NCBI GenBank assembly: GCA_000388065.2
Contig: KB932203.1
Source of the DNA: Fonticula alba ATCC 38817
Lineage: Eukaryota; Protista; Nucleariida
DNA: 49,695 nucleotides
Strand: one strand, 5' to 3'
Below, in pieces: positions 31,585 through 43,381 of the stretch. Below the pieces are notes generated by a model that ran no database searches, was not told where the DNA came from, and saw only the letters and a program-made list of their open reading frames with translations. Positions within the stretch are counted from its first letter, which is position 1, and each line of letters begins with the position of its first letter. The position numbers were made by a program, and so were the translations under genes.

Positions 31585-33966
31585 ATGAGCGCACTGTCCC
31601 TCACATTCCCCTCGACCGGCGATGCCGGCGATGATCGGCGAGAGGGAGCTCGGCCTCCCGCCCCGGGGAAAGGCAACTTCCAGATCACCTCATCCATGTC
31701 TGATGTGACAAACTTCAACTTCGGGGTGGCCCCTTCCACAGGGAGGCCCGGGGCATCGGACAGCAAGGCGGATGCGCCCGGCTCGGTGGCCCCTGCCCCC
31801 TTTGGCTTCCCCTTTGTCGGGGCCCCGGCGTCCAAGCCGGCGGCCAGTGACAAGACCACCGGCGCCCCGGGGTTCAAGCTGCCCGGAGCCACCCCGGCAA
31901 GCGCCGGCACCCCCTTCGGCCAGATGCAGGCCCCCTTCGGCCAGCAGCAGAAGTTCCTCTTCGGGCAGAACCCCTTCTCGACGGCGGCAGCTTCCGGCGG
32001 CGTCCCGGCCAACGAGCAGGCAGCCAGCGCGACGGCCAAGCCCAAAGCTCGGGGGCCCCTGCCGGAGGCCACTGCCACTGTGGCTCACGAAAGTGCACCG
32101 CCCGTCCGGGCAGACAGCCACTCGGACCTGCCCCGGGAGAACTCCCCCTCTGGGCCGGTCAACTTGCCCCTGACCACAGGGGACAACACGCCGGCCATTT
32201 GCTCTACCATCCAGACGGTTCCGACCACCGAGTCCAAGCTCCCAGGCTCCGGGTCACCCTTCCATTTCCCTGCCCCGGGCGCTGCCGCTGCCGCTGGGTT
32301 TGGTGGCTTCGGCGGCTTCGGCGCCGTGAAGTCGGTGAGCAGTGGTGCCACCACCACCTTCGGCACTGCTGGTCCCACGGCCACCACCGCCAGTGGTTTT
32401 AGCCCGGCCACCAGTACTCCCTCGGAGGCAGCGCCCTCTCCCTTCGGCAATCCCGCCACCGCAAATCCTCCCTTTGGCGCCCCTAAGTCTGGCACTGGTG
32501 CTGGCGACTCTGCGTCCAGCGGCTTCGGCTCCGGCGGCTTCGGCTTCACCGGCTCCGCTGGCTCCGGCGGCTTCGGCTTCACCGGCTCGGCTGGCTCCGG
32601 CGGTTTCGGCTTCACCGGCTCCGGCTCGGCTGGCTTCGGCTCGGCTGGCTTCGGCTCGGCTGGCTCCGGCTCCAGTGGTTCTGGCCTCACTGGCGCCACC
32701 GCCACCGCCACCGCCACCACCACCACCACCACCACCACCACCACCACGTTGCCCAGCCAGTCGGCTGATCCGTCCCTGGAACAGGCTCCGAGCCCGGCCC
32801 CCGCCCTGGCCCCGGCTCAGGACCACGGCCTCCCGGGCGATGGCCTCTCGCTGTCGCAGCTGTCCTCCAGCAAGTCCGACATCTCGACAGACCGTACTCC
32901 CGGGAGCACCTCGCTCGAGTGCACCAGCTCCGTGGTCAGCATGACGGTGGAGGTGGTCGAGGCAAAGCCCCCTGCCGGCCGAATGGAGCGTGCCCTGCAG
33001 GCTGCCATGCCGGGTGACTCGGCTGCCACGCCTGCCGATCTGGCTGAGGATTACCCCGCTCTCCAGGCGCGTGTGGTTGCCTCGTTGGCCGCCGGGAAGT
33101 CTCTCCAGGATGAGGTCACCCATTGGTATGTACCGGAGTTTGCTTGTCTCATTCTCCCGGTCCGCTACTCACCCCCCTGCTCAACCATAACCCCCTCGCC
33201 GTCGTCCCTCTTTTTTTCCCGCCCTCTCTCTCTCTCTCTCGCTCGCCCCTTTCCCCTCCTGCCACGCGTCACACACCTGCAGTCACGCGTCTCTGGAGCG
33301 CATCTGGCAGACGTTGCACACCCTGGCCGGGTCGCAGGGCGCCCCGGGGGAGGCCTCAGCCGCGCGGGCTTTCCTGCCGGAGCAGAGCGCCTCGCTGCAG
33401 GGGCTCCTGGCCAAGGCCAAAAGCCTGGCCACCGACTTGGACCTGACCGAGGCCCGGCTGTATGAGAGCAACTCCAGCCGGGTGCAGACGGTCCTCGGGG
33501 ACATCAATGCTGCCGAGCGCCGAGCCGAGGAGGCCGAGGCGCGCGTCGCCGCGCTGGAGGACCGCCTTCGGCAGGTGGCCCGGCAGGCCTCGGAGCAGGT
33601 CGGCTCCTCGGCCGCGGTCAGCAAGAGGAACCCGAAGACTCGGTCTTCGGTGCTCAAGCAGGCCCTGCGCATGTCGCTGGTCTTCCTGGTCATTGTCCAG
33701 TTCTTCTACATCGTCGTCTTGCGTGAGTGCGTGCCATCCCCCCCCCCCCCCGGGATTGTGGATTCTTTCCCCTCTGCCCGCCCTTGCGTCCGCCCTTGTC
33801 CGTGGTACTGACCTCTCTCTCTCTCTGTCTCCCCTCCCATCGCCTCCGCACGCGCCCCAGCCTCCTGTCGTATTGCCATGAGTCGCTTGACGAGCTGCAG
33901 TACGGGTATTTCTCGAGGATGCCCATGCTCAACATGTTCCTCTCGAGCGACAGCACGCTCCCGTGA
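31585..33966 (+). CDS. FG-repeat, coiled-coil, C-terminal single-TM protein (nucleoporin-like or tail-anchored; function unknown), 696 aa, 3 exons
   Basis: Exons 31585-33125, 33283-33726, 33861-33966 (2091 nt). About 400 aa of S/T/A/G/P-rich sequence with many FG/FGF motifs. A heptad-rich segment (LAKAKSLATDLDLTEARLYESN..AERRAEEAEARVAALEDRLRQV) precedes a hydrophobic helix MSLVFLVIVQFFYIVVL and a 36-aa tail. The last donor (33727) was chosen on reading-frame grounds. Confidence 0.7.
32521..32668 (+). repeat. Coding minisatellite: about three 33-nt units (GSGGFGFTGSA) followed by 15-nt units (GFGSA)
   Basis: Near-identical ggctccggcggcttcggcttcaccggctc units in tandem, encoding the FG repeats. 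Confidence 0.85.
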
Positions 33967-34397
33967 GGCGAGGGGAGGGGGGGGGGTCGTTCCTTCTCCT
34001 CTTTGTCCCCCTCCCCCAGGGCCCTTGTCCTCCTCACCATATGTCCCTTACACTATTGTGCACTCACAAGGCCCTACAGGGGCAAAAATACATACGGAAC
34101 ACGTCACAAATCACCACGTCAACGCATGGAGGGGGGGGGGGGGCGATATGGCAGAGAGGTTTATGCCATTTCTCAAAATGGATGCGTGCGTGTAGGGCAC
34201 TGCAGCTCTGCCAGCCGGATTGCGGGCCAACTTGGATGCGCACGCGCGCGTGCGCGCTGGGTTGTCTCGCGTCAGGTCACGTCGGCAGAGTGGAGCGGAG
34301 GGCAAGCCGGGGAAAGGGGAACAACACGAGGGTGCAGGCGCGGCTTCACCGTCTGGGAGGGCGCGTGTAGACATGTATGCACCGACCTCCACCCCCC

Positions 34398-37394
34398 TTA
34401 CCGGGCCTTGTACATCTCGGACAGGAAGCCGACGATGAACTCATTGATAACCGCATGGCTGGGCACCGCCATCACCATGCCATACACGGCGGCAGTCGAC
34501 CCGTCGGCGGCCTAGAGGGAGAACGAGAGAGGGAGCCGGTTTGTGTGTGTGTGTGTGTGTGGGAAAAGTGCCAGTCAGTCACTGGAGCAGACAAACATGA
34601 ATCATCGTTACGGCAGAAGGGGGAGGGGAGGAACCAAAAGAGCAGGGCCATTGGCGGCAGGCGGCCCACCAAGCCTGGGAGTGTTCCCACATACCACGCG
34701 CTTCTCCTTGACATCCTTGACGGCCTCGGCGATGTCGGCGATGAACTGCTGATGCGAGTCGATGTGGTTCGGCATGACCGAGCAGTGAAGGCTCGGAGGC
34801 TCGGACTGGCGCTGTAGACATGCGAGCGGTACCGCAACAAGAGTCGGGAGGGGGGGGAGGGGAAGGGGGAGAGAGAGAGAGAGAGGGGGGGGGGAAGTAA
34901 GGGTGTCAGCATGCGTCAGGCTCCGCCGTCGTTGTCCGCCCATTGGAGGCGAGGGAGCAAGAGCCGGTGCAGGCAAGAGAGCAAACATGGGCAAATAGAT
35001 GCACCACGCGCGCGAGCAGGCCAGCCTCGGCCCAACAGGCACACAGATATATATACATATACACATATATATATCTGTGTGTGTGTGTGTGTCTGCAGCA
35101 GGCACGCACCTCCATCTTCCAGCCGCGGCGCTCCATGGCGTCGGCCACAGAGAAAATGTTCATGCTCGGGTCGCTGGAGGAGAAGGCGAAGGCGGTCATC
35201 TCCGGCTTGCCGAGCACGCGCAGGTGCCCGGTAGCCTCAACACCAGCCATCATGGCCTGGGTGACTTCCATCAGCCGGCGCGCGGTTTCCATGTACCCGT
35301 CGCAGCCGATCACCCGGAGGGTGGCCCAAGCGGTGGCGATGTTGCCACCGGGCCGGGTGCCGATGATGGACGGCGAGCCGAACAGACCGCCCGGCCAGCC
35401 GGGGTACGCGAAGTACTGGTAGTGGCGGAGCTGCTCATTGCGGAAGAGCAGCACCGAGGACCCCTTCAGGGCGAAGCCATACTTATGCAAGTCCGCCGAG
35501 ATGGAAGTCACGCCGGGGACACGGAAATCAAAAGCGGGCACCGGGTAGCCGAGCTTCTCAACCCAGGGCAGCTATGGAATGGGGGGATGTACGCGTGTGA
35601 GAAAGAGGCGGAGAGGCGGAGAGGCGGAGAGGCGGAGAGGGGGAGGGGGAGAGGAGAAGAGGGGAAGAGGGGAAGAGAAAGACAATGAGGCAAAGAGAGA
35701 CCGAGAGAGGCAGAGCAAGGAGACATGTGGGTATGCACATGCGCGGGTGTGCTTGCGCGTAATGGCAGCTAGCCGCATCGCAGCATCAAAGGAAAAGGCC
35801 ACAGGCACGCACCATGAGGCCACCAAAGCAGGCATCAATGTGAAGGGGCAGCCCCTTGCTCTGGGCAATGGCCGCGATCTCGGCAATCGGGTCGCAGACC
35901 TGGGCAAGCCGGCGGGGCACGGAGGGCAAAAGGTCAGCACGAAGACGCAAACGCTCGGAGAAAAGGGGGCGGGGAGGGGGAGGGGGAGGCGCAGACACGT
36001 CGGGAAAGGACCTACACCGTGGCAGTATTGGACCGCGGAGGCCACCAGCAGAATGGTGTTGCTGTTGATGGCGCTGTACATGGCCGCGGTGTCGGCCTTG
36101 AAGTCGTCGGTGAACTGGACATAGACGGTCTCGACGCCGAAGTAGTGCGCGGCCTTCTCGAAGGCCGGATGCGCGGTGATCGGCAGAACCATGTTGGGCT
36201 TCTTGATGTGCGGCGAGAGATCGCTACACGAGCCGGACACCGGAGGAGCAAAGGTCAGCCGATGGGCGGTGCCGTCGGGCGAGGCGGGGGCGGCCAGGCC
36301 ATGGGATGTGCATGGGAGCTGGCATCAGGGAGGGAGGGAGGGAGGGAGGAGAGTAGTGGCGAGAATGGCACGCACCGGGCACGGTCGCGGTATGCCTTGA
36401 TGGCCAGCAGGATGGACTCGGTGCCGCCGCTGGTCATGGACCCGACCACCTGCGAGTCGCCATTCATCAGACTGGCCATCATGGCCACGGTCTCGGTCTC
36501 CATGCGGCGCAGCGAGGGGAAGGCGCTGGGGTTCAGGGCGTTGGTGTGGGCAAACTGGTTGAACACCAGGGCCACAAACTTGCGCAGGGACTCATCGCGA
36601 AGCTCCTGGTTCTCGCACGCCATGTGGAAGGCATTGCGCAGGGCCTCATTCCGCTCGGAGTCATTGTCGGTGTAGACATAGGCAAAGAGGCGGCCCTCCT
36701 CGGACTCGGTCTCGGTCTTGAGCATGTCCGCCAGCTCGGCCAGAACCTGCTCGTGGGGGAGGCCCTTCTCCGGGATGGAGTAAAGCTGGGCGCTGGAATG
36801 GGCGGCGGCGGCGGCGGCGGCGGCGGCCGAGTCAGCAGGTGCGCAGAGCAAGGGCAAGGCGGCGGGGAGGCGCGAGTGTATCGCGTGCGAAGGTGTGCGC
36901 GTACCCGCTGTCGGCGGTGCCGCCCTCGCCGGAGGTCTTGTCCAGCATCTTGATGGTGGATCCGACATTCTGGCGGATGATGTAGCGCACGAGGGGCTGC
37001 ACGCCGGGGATGGCGAAGAAGGCGCCGATGGCCTGAGAGGTCAGGCCGCGCAGACCTGCGTGCGTTCGAGCAGTGTAGGGATGTTAGGGTGCGAGCTGCC
37101 AGGCAATCGTGATTGCGCGCGTGCGCACACACACGCGAGAGAGAGAGAGAGAGAGAGAGGGAAAGACACGGGGAACGAGAGGGTCCAGGCATGGCGCGCT
37201 TGCGTACCGTCCTGGTAGAGGGACTGCAGGAGGTGCAGAAGACCACCAGCGGCGACGACATTCCGAGCGATGATGGCCCCGGACACGACATGCGGCGCAG
37301 CCGAGCGGGCAGCCTCATGCGCCGCCTCCAGGAGCGACTGCATGAAGGGCGGCATGGAGCCGGAGTTGATCAGAGCGCCGAGGAAGGGCGGCAT
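34398..37394 (-). CDS. SGPL1: Sphingosine-1-phosphate lyase (PLP-dependent), 580 aa, 8 exons
   Basis: Exons 37394-37208, 37055-36905, 36792-36376, 36223-36016, 35899-35813, 35571-35110, 34811-34695, 34511-34398 (1743 nt). Motifs: TNALNPSAFPSLRRMETETVAM, MTSGGTESILLAIKAYRDRA, TAHPAFEKAAHYFG, LHIDACFGG, the PLP lysine in SISADLHKYG, and FGSPSIIGTRPG. Confidence 0.95.
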
Positions 37395-39581
37395 GCTGGC
37401 GTGAGTGGCAGAGAGAGAGAGAGAGAGGCAGGGGAGGGCGGGGGCAGGAGAGATGGCGGCAGGGGCAGATCCGGCGGGCGAAGCTGGAGGGGGCCGAGGC
37501 GTGGGTGCCGGCTCGCGAGCACAAAGGCGCCACTTGAGCTAGCGAGGCCGCATCGACGCCTGGCCCGGCTCCTGGTTTGTCGGGGAAGCCGGCAGCATGG
37601 GGTCTCCGGCAGGAGGAGGGGGCATATGCTTGGGGCTGGGCGCTACACGGGGGCGGCCCAGCGGCCCGGGGGGGTGAGAGAAGCATGGAAAAAAAGCCCC
37701 CCCCCCCCCCCGGGGGGGGGAGACTGAGAGATGCCCAGCCCGGGGAGGATGCCGAGACTGGCGAAAATGGGCCGGGCAAGGGCGTGGCCGTGCCTTTGCC
37801 GGATGCCAGAGGCCCCTGCGATATGGGGCAGGGCCAGGTCTGGGAACAAGGGCGGCCATAAACAACAAACACCGGCCAACCGCCTCGCACACAGGGGGCG
37901 AGGGCGGAAAACAACAAACTGGCCCCGCCCCCGGCGGGCTGGCGGCCGGATTCAGGCAGCCACATGTTCGGGCGGGACCGCCGGCTGGAGCGCGCCCATG
38001 CGCCGGTGTGCGTGTATGTATGCATGCGTGTGTGTGTGTGTGTGTGAGTGTGCGTGTGTGTCATCGTTCCGCCCCCCTGCGCCGGGGGTGGGCTTCCCTG
38101 CAACCCCCCCCCCTCCCCGGTCCAGGAGACGGGGCAGGGGGCACGAGCGGGCACCACAGCCCTGAGTGGCCCGGGTGGGCCAGCGGACTGGCAGACCGGC
38201 CGGCGGTTGTGCATCGCCCGCCTGGTTCCATGAGGGAGGGGCGCGCGCGTGCACCTGGGCCGGACCAGCCTGGCCTGTACCCTTCCGGATGCGTGGGACG
38301 CAGGGCGGGGGCGGGCGGGCGCACACATCAGCCCACACCCCGCCCGGGCCCGACCCGCGCATGCGGCCGGCCCTGCGCGACTCTGTTTACTCCCATTGCT
38401 GGCGCGCTGCGCCACACGGCGGGTCGCCGGGGACGCACGCACCCGCCGGCCGGGCGGCCGAACCCGCGAACATGCGCACCCCCACCCGGAGGGGACCCCC
38501 TGCGCGAAGGCCCCGCCCCGGCCCCCGCCAGCCGAGTGGGGCACGAGGATGGGGGTCCGGCCGATGCGCGCGGCTCGGGCCGACCCCTTAGCATCTATCC
38601 CCCCCCCCCCCCCGCCAGGCATGCGCCAGCCTGGGGGAGGGGGGCAGGAAACGCCGAGAAACGCACCCCGGCACTGCGCGTACCCTCGCGCACGCGCGTG
38701 AGCGCAGAGGCACAGACACACACACAAAAGCCCCGAAAGGCGATGGGGAGCAGGGAATGTGCACGCCTGGAAACCGCGCCCCACAAGCCTCAGCGGCACT
38801 TTTCACATGCATTCTCGTGCGCCCCGCCGGGCTCCCCTCCCGGGGAGGGCGCCCGCATGCGCACGTTGTCTTGCCCCTCTCCCTGGCCTCCCCCCCCCCC
38901 CCGCCCCCGGGCTCCAGCTCGTCGGTGTGGCCCTCTCTGTGGCCGCGCGAGCGTGAAGCATACCAGGCCGACGCGGAGGGACCACGATGCTGGTGCGGCC
39001 CATTGTGGCGCTGCACACTCGTCGTCCAGCTGCGATGCGCCAGCATGCATTACCGTGTCATGGCGCGACCATTTCCAGCAGGAGCGGATCCCAGGCCTGG
39101 TGATGGTTCCCCCCCCCCCCCCTCCGCCGCTCCCAGAGAGTCCCCTCGGTGTGCCCGGTCCTTCTGACGAGCACGGGGGCCGGGCCTCCGGCGGCTCCCG
39201 CCGCCCCCTCCGCGCACACAATAAACACTGGGAGGGGGGGGCGGCCGGGGCTGGGGGGACGTGCCAGCCACCGGGCGCCGGTACCGCCCCCGGTATCTCG
39301 GAAGAGGGCGCAGCCAGGAAGAAACCGCCACCGAGAGCAGACGAACCGGGGGGAGGGGGCGGCGCTCTGCCCCTGGCACCACCCCCCGAGCAAGGCGCAG
39401 GACCCAGCAATTGGCATGGAGGGCCGCCAGCCCGGGCGGGACCAAATAACACACTCCGAAGCGCCTGCATACACACACATGCACATTACATCCACACCCA
39501 GCCACATGCACGAATGCGCGCGCGCGCACGCGCCCAGGCGGGCCAGCGAAAACAACCCCCGCACAAGGCGGCCCTGCGCCT

Positions 39582-39583
<2 letters not shown>

Positions 39584-39662
<79 letters not shown>

Positions 39663-39694
39663 CCGGGCCCCCCCCCCCCCCCCCCCCCCCCCCC
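39584..39694. repeat. Very long poly-C tract (C78, short spacer, C27)
   Basis: Read directly from the sequence. The length may be inflated by assembly. Confidence 0.85.
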
Positions 39695-40211
39695 GCCGGC
39701 AAAGGTCCCTCTCACCGGCCCTCTCGCACCATCAGCCCCCCCCCCCCTGGCCGGAGAGTGGGGGCCAGCCGCTCGCGCGCCACCCGCCCGGCCCACATGC
39801 CCGCACCCACGGCGTGCATATTTATTTAGGCCCCGGCCCCAAAGCCCCAGGCGTCGAGAGGGGGACCGAGGCGACGAGGAAAAACACGTATGGTCGCCGG
39901 AGCCGCTTCCATGGCCCCGGCATTTGCGCCGAGCGCACGCCTCCCGTGATGTGCTCGTGATCGCCGTCCAGGGGGCATGATGATCGTCCTTAATGCCTCC
40001 GCTCCCCCCACCAAAGACACCAGCCCTTCGGGGCTCCCTCCCCGGCCCGCCTTGCCCTGACCACTCTGCCGCAGGAACACACGCACGAAGGAGGCAAGAG
40101 AAACAAACCATGGCTCGGGGTGCATTCCGGACAGCGAGCCCAGCAGACGTGCCCCCCAATAGCAAGGGAGGGGAGGGGGGGGGGGGGGGGGGAGAAACAT
40201 GCCCCTGGGTG

Positions 40212-40273
40212 CTGGCGTGTACATGGACAGGTGTATGTGAGCACGCCAGGGGGGAAAAGGGGGGGGGGGGGGG

Positions 40274-40305
<32 letters not shown>

Positions 40306-40363
40306 AGAAAGTGGACCCGTGGGGGGGGCGTGTACATGGACAGGTGTATGTGAGCACGCCAGG
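40212..40363. repeat. 37-bp direct repeat (40214-40250 and 40327-40363) separated by poly-G; the first copy is closed by the inverted repeat CTGGCGTG/CACGCCAG
   Basis: ggcgtgtacatggacaggtgtatgtgagcacgccagg occurs twice, about 135-285 bp downstream of the Tim21-like stop codon. Confidence 0.8.
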
Positions 40364-40497
40364 TGCGACAATGGGGGGGGGGGGGGGCAGAGCGGGAGAG
40401 GAGGAGAGACGGGGCACAGGGCGCGCCTTTCTCGGCTCCTCGGTTCTCTCTCTCTCTCCCTCGCCCTCGCTCTCGGTCTATTTGCTCCCCACCCATA

Positions 40498-42259
40498 TTA
40501 CAGGAACGGCCCGGGCATCTCCTTGCCGTTGAGTCGATCACGGACCACCGCTTCCGGCGGGCCCTGGTAGATCAGGCGCTCCTTGGTCAGGTCAATGTCA
40601 ACGCAGATCGACCGGAAGGAGAAGAGGTTCGGCGCCCGGCGGGACTTGACCACCTCAAAGGAGAGCACCGCCACGGGGTACATCTGCGACCGGCGCCGCT
40701 TGGCAATCAGCCGGCTGGAGAGGGTGATCGGAACCACCACCTGCAGGGAGCCTGTGCCCGGGCGAGGGGAGCAAGGGGGGGGGGGGGGGGGCACCAAACG
40801 GCCGAACACGGGATCAGCTGGGCCACCAGGCAGGGGGGCAAAACGAGGGGAAAGAAAAAGGGCAGCCCAGGGAGGCAGCAAGAGGCGCGCGCGGGGACGG
40901 ATGGACACGCACGTGGCTCGATGCGCACAAAGTTCCCGGTCCAGCCGACCCCCGACTCCAGCACCGTGGAGGGCCGGTTGCCGATGACAAAGCGGTTGCC
41001 GATCACCGCCCCGCCGCCGGTGATGCGCTGTGCCTGGAAGGCGCCGGGGACGATGATGGTGTTGCGGTTGGCCATGGTCGGCGCATTGAACACCGGCAGG
41101 TACTGGGCGATGTTGGCCGGGGAGAGCTTGCTCAGCATGCGGCCCACCGGGTTGGACGTCCAGAGGCTCTGCAGCTCGAGATCCGTCTCGGAAATGGACA
41201 CACCATGCGAGGAGGGGATGGACGCCTCGTCGCGGGCCTCCTGCAGCAGAAGCGCCGCCTCCTGCATCTTCTCATTGAAAGTGGTGTCCTTGGACAGCTG
41301 GCTGAGGACTGTGGCCGGATCGCAGCAGGGAACCGGAGGCATGTGCGGGGGCGGTAAGGAAGGGGTGGCAAAGGGCGGAGGGAGGGAAGGAGTGGCGCCG
41401 CAAGGAGAGGAGGAGCCGTGCTGAACCGGCATACGACGCCGCTGTACGCACCATGGGACACGGCCGGGTCGAAGCTAACCGGCCCGAACCAGCGCCGGGT
41501 CAGCGACCACGTTCCCACGAAGAAGGCCGTGGTGACAATGCCGCCGGCATAGAACCCGAGCTCGCCCAGGTCGACTACGTCGACAGAGCCCCGGGATGGA
41601 GAGAGGGACGTGGAGGAACACCAGGGCAGGATCGTCAGAGGGGAGCCCGAGGGGCAGGGGTGTGGCATGCCGAGAACGCACGGACGGTGAAGTTGAGATA
41701 GGCCCCGGTGATGCGGTAGAAGCCCTTGGCAATCAGGTACACGATGGTCGAGGCTGGCGGCGTGTGTGTGTGTGTGTGTGCGTGTGTGTGTGTGTGTGTG
41801 GCGCGCGCGTGGCGCACATGGCGGTCAGCAATGGCAAGCGGCCGAGCCGGCTGATGCGTGGCACGGTGGAAGGGCAATGGCCCGGCGCGTACCGAGGGAG
41901 ATGTTGACCGCCCTGCGCGGCGTCATGTTGCCGAGCAGGCCCATGCGGAAGAGCGGCCGGTCGAAGATGTGCGTGTCCGAGGATCCGGACCGGTCAATGT
42001 CTCCGGACGGCGGCGCCGAAGAGTAGTAGCGCAGTGCACCGGCCCCGGAGGCGAGCTGCGCCCGGGAAAGCAGCAGCCCCGGCCCGGTGGGGGCAGGGCG
42101 CGCGGTGAGCGCCGCCGGGGTCGTCGCGCGGCTGGACAGCTCACGCTGCTGCATGAAACCGAGGGGCGCGCCGGCGACGCGCACGGCCGATGCGCTCCCC
42201 CAGGCGGTGGACAGGGGAGCCACCCCCCGCTGGGCGCGAGTCGCAAGTTGCCGGAACAT
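40498..42259 (-). CDS. Mitochondrial inner-membrane protein, Tim21/Coa1-like, 394 aa, 5 exons
   Basis: Exons 42259-41893, 41753-41682, 41574-41452, 41308-40929, 40740-40498 (1185 nt). The N-terminus is an Arg/Ala/Ser-rich, nearly acid-free presequence (MFRQLATRAQRG..LRYYSS). A TM (LGFYAGGIVTTAFFVGTW) is followed by RRWF..DP. The C-terminal strands VAVLSFEVVK..FSFRSICVDID..ERLIYQG resemble the Tim21/Coa1 intermembrane-space domain. The family call is by motif recall only. Confidence 0.55.
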
Positions 42260-42691
42260 GGGCGAGGAGGGCGGGAAGGGGGAAGGGGGGGGGGACTAAG
42301 AAAACAGGAACTGGGCGGGAGGGGGGAAGACGGGCTGCTGGTGACCAGCCGAGATTCGGCGGAAGGAGGGATCGGGGCGCCGAAAAGGGGGATCGCATGC
42401 CAGGCAGAAAGAACCCAACCCACCAAAAGAGAGGAAGATGCTCTCCGGCCAGGGGGAGGGGGCGGGGGGGGGGGGGGAAGGACCTGGGCCTGGCCGGGCG
42501 CCCTCAGCATCTGCGTCCGGGCGTGCGCCCGCACATTCCCCCCCTCTTGCGCCCGCGCCCGCCCGCCTTCCTCTCGCTCTGCCTGCGGCCCTGGACTGAG
42601 GGTCTAGGCGCGGCCCAAGCGCTGGCAGCTTATCAGTGTGTGTTGTCGGAGTGTTCTATTTTGACAGAGTGGTTCTGGATCATGAGCACGG

Positions 42692-43337
42692 CTAGCGGTG
42701 CTTGTTGCCAGCCGCCAGGCCAACCCGGTTGGTGAAGAACACCAGGCTGTTGACCATGCCCGGAGCATCGGCCAAGCACCCGGGGAAGCGCTCAGCAATG
42801 AGCTGTGTGCCGGGGGGGGGGGGCGGCGCAAAGGAGAGGGAAAACCAGGCGTCAGTGAAAAGGGGGCGGGGGATGAGAGTTGCGAGCAGCCACACGTCGC
42901 GGGCACGATCACTGAGGGTGGGGCGCGGACCTCGAGGGCCTTCCGGCGTGTGGCATCGAACCGGAAGTACGAGATGACCTTCATGAACTGCGGTGCGAAT
43001 GGGAGGGAGGGTGCGGGGAGGGCGGTCAGGCGGTGGCCAGCACCGGGGGCGAAAGGGTCAGCAAGTGGACGGTGAGCCGGGGGGGGGGGGGAATGACATA
43101 GGCAAGGCGGCTGCTGTGTACGTACCTCATCGGGCGACGTCTTGGGCGAGGATAGCCCGGACGAGGAATGGTCAATGAAGGCGACCAGGAGGGCCAGGCG
43201 CTGGTCGTCAGAGAAGTCCGGGAGCGACACGGTCACCAGGAGGTCCTCATACTGTGGGACGGGGAGCCGCGAGACGAAGGGCAGGGCCTGCGTTAGTCAT
43301 TGCAAGTGAAGGAGGCAGGCAGGCCAGTCGACGGAGA

Positions 43338-43381
<44 letters not shown>

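Noticed and set aside
32521-32668. Regularly spaced direct repeats as a CRISPR-like array
   Set aside because: The units are contiguous in-frame coding repeats without unique spacers, in a eukaryotic gene with no cas genes.
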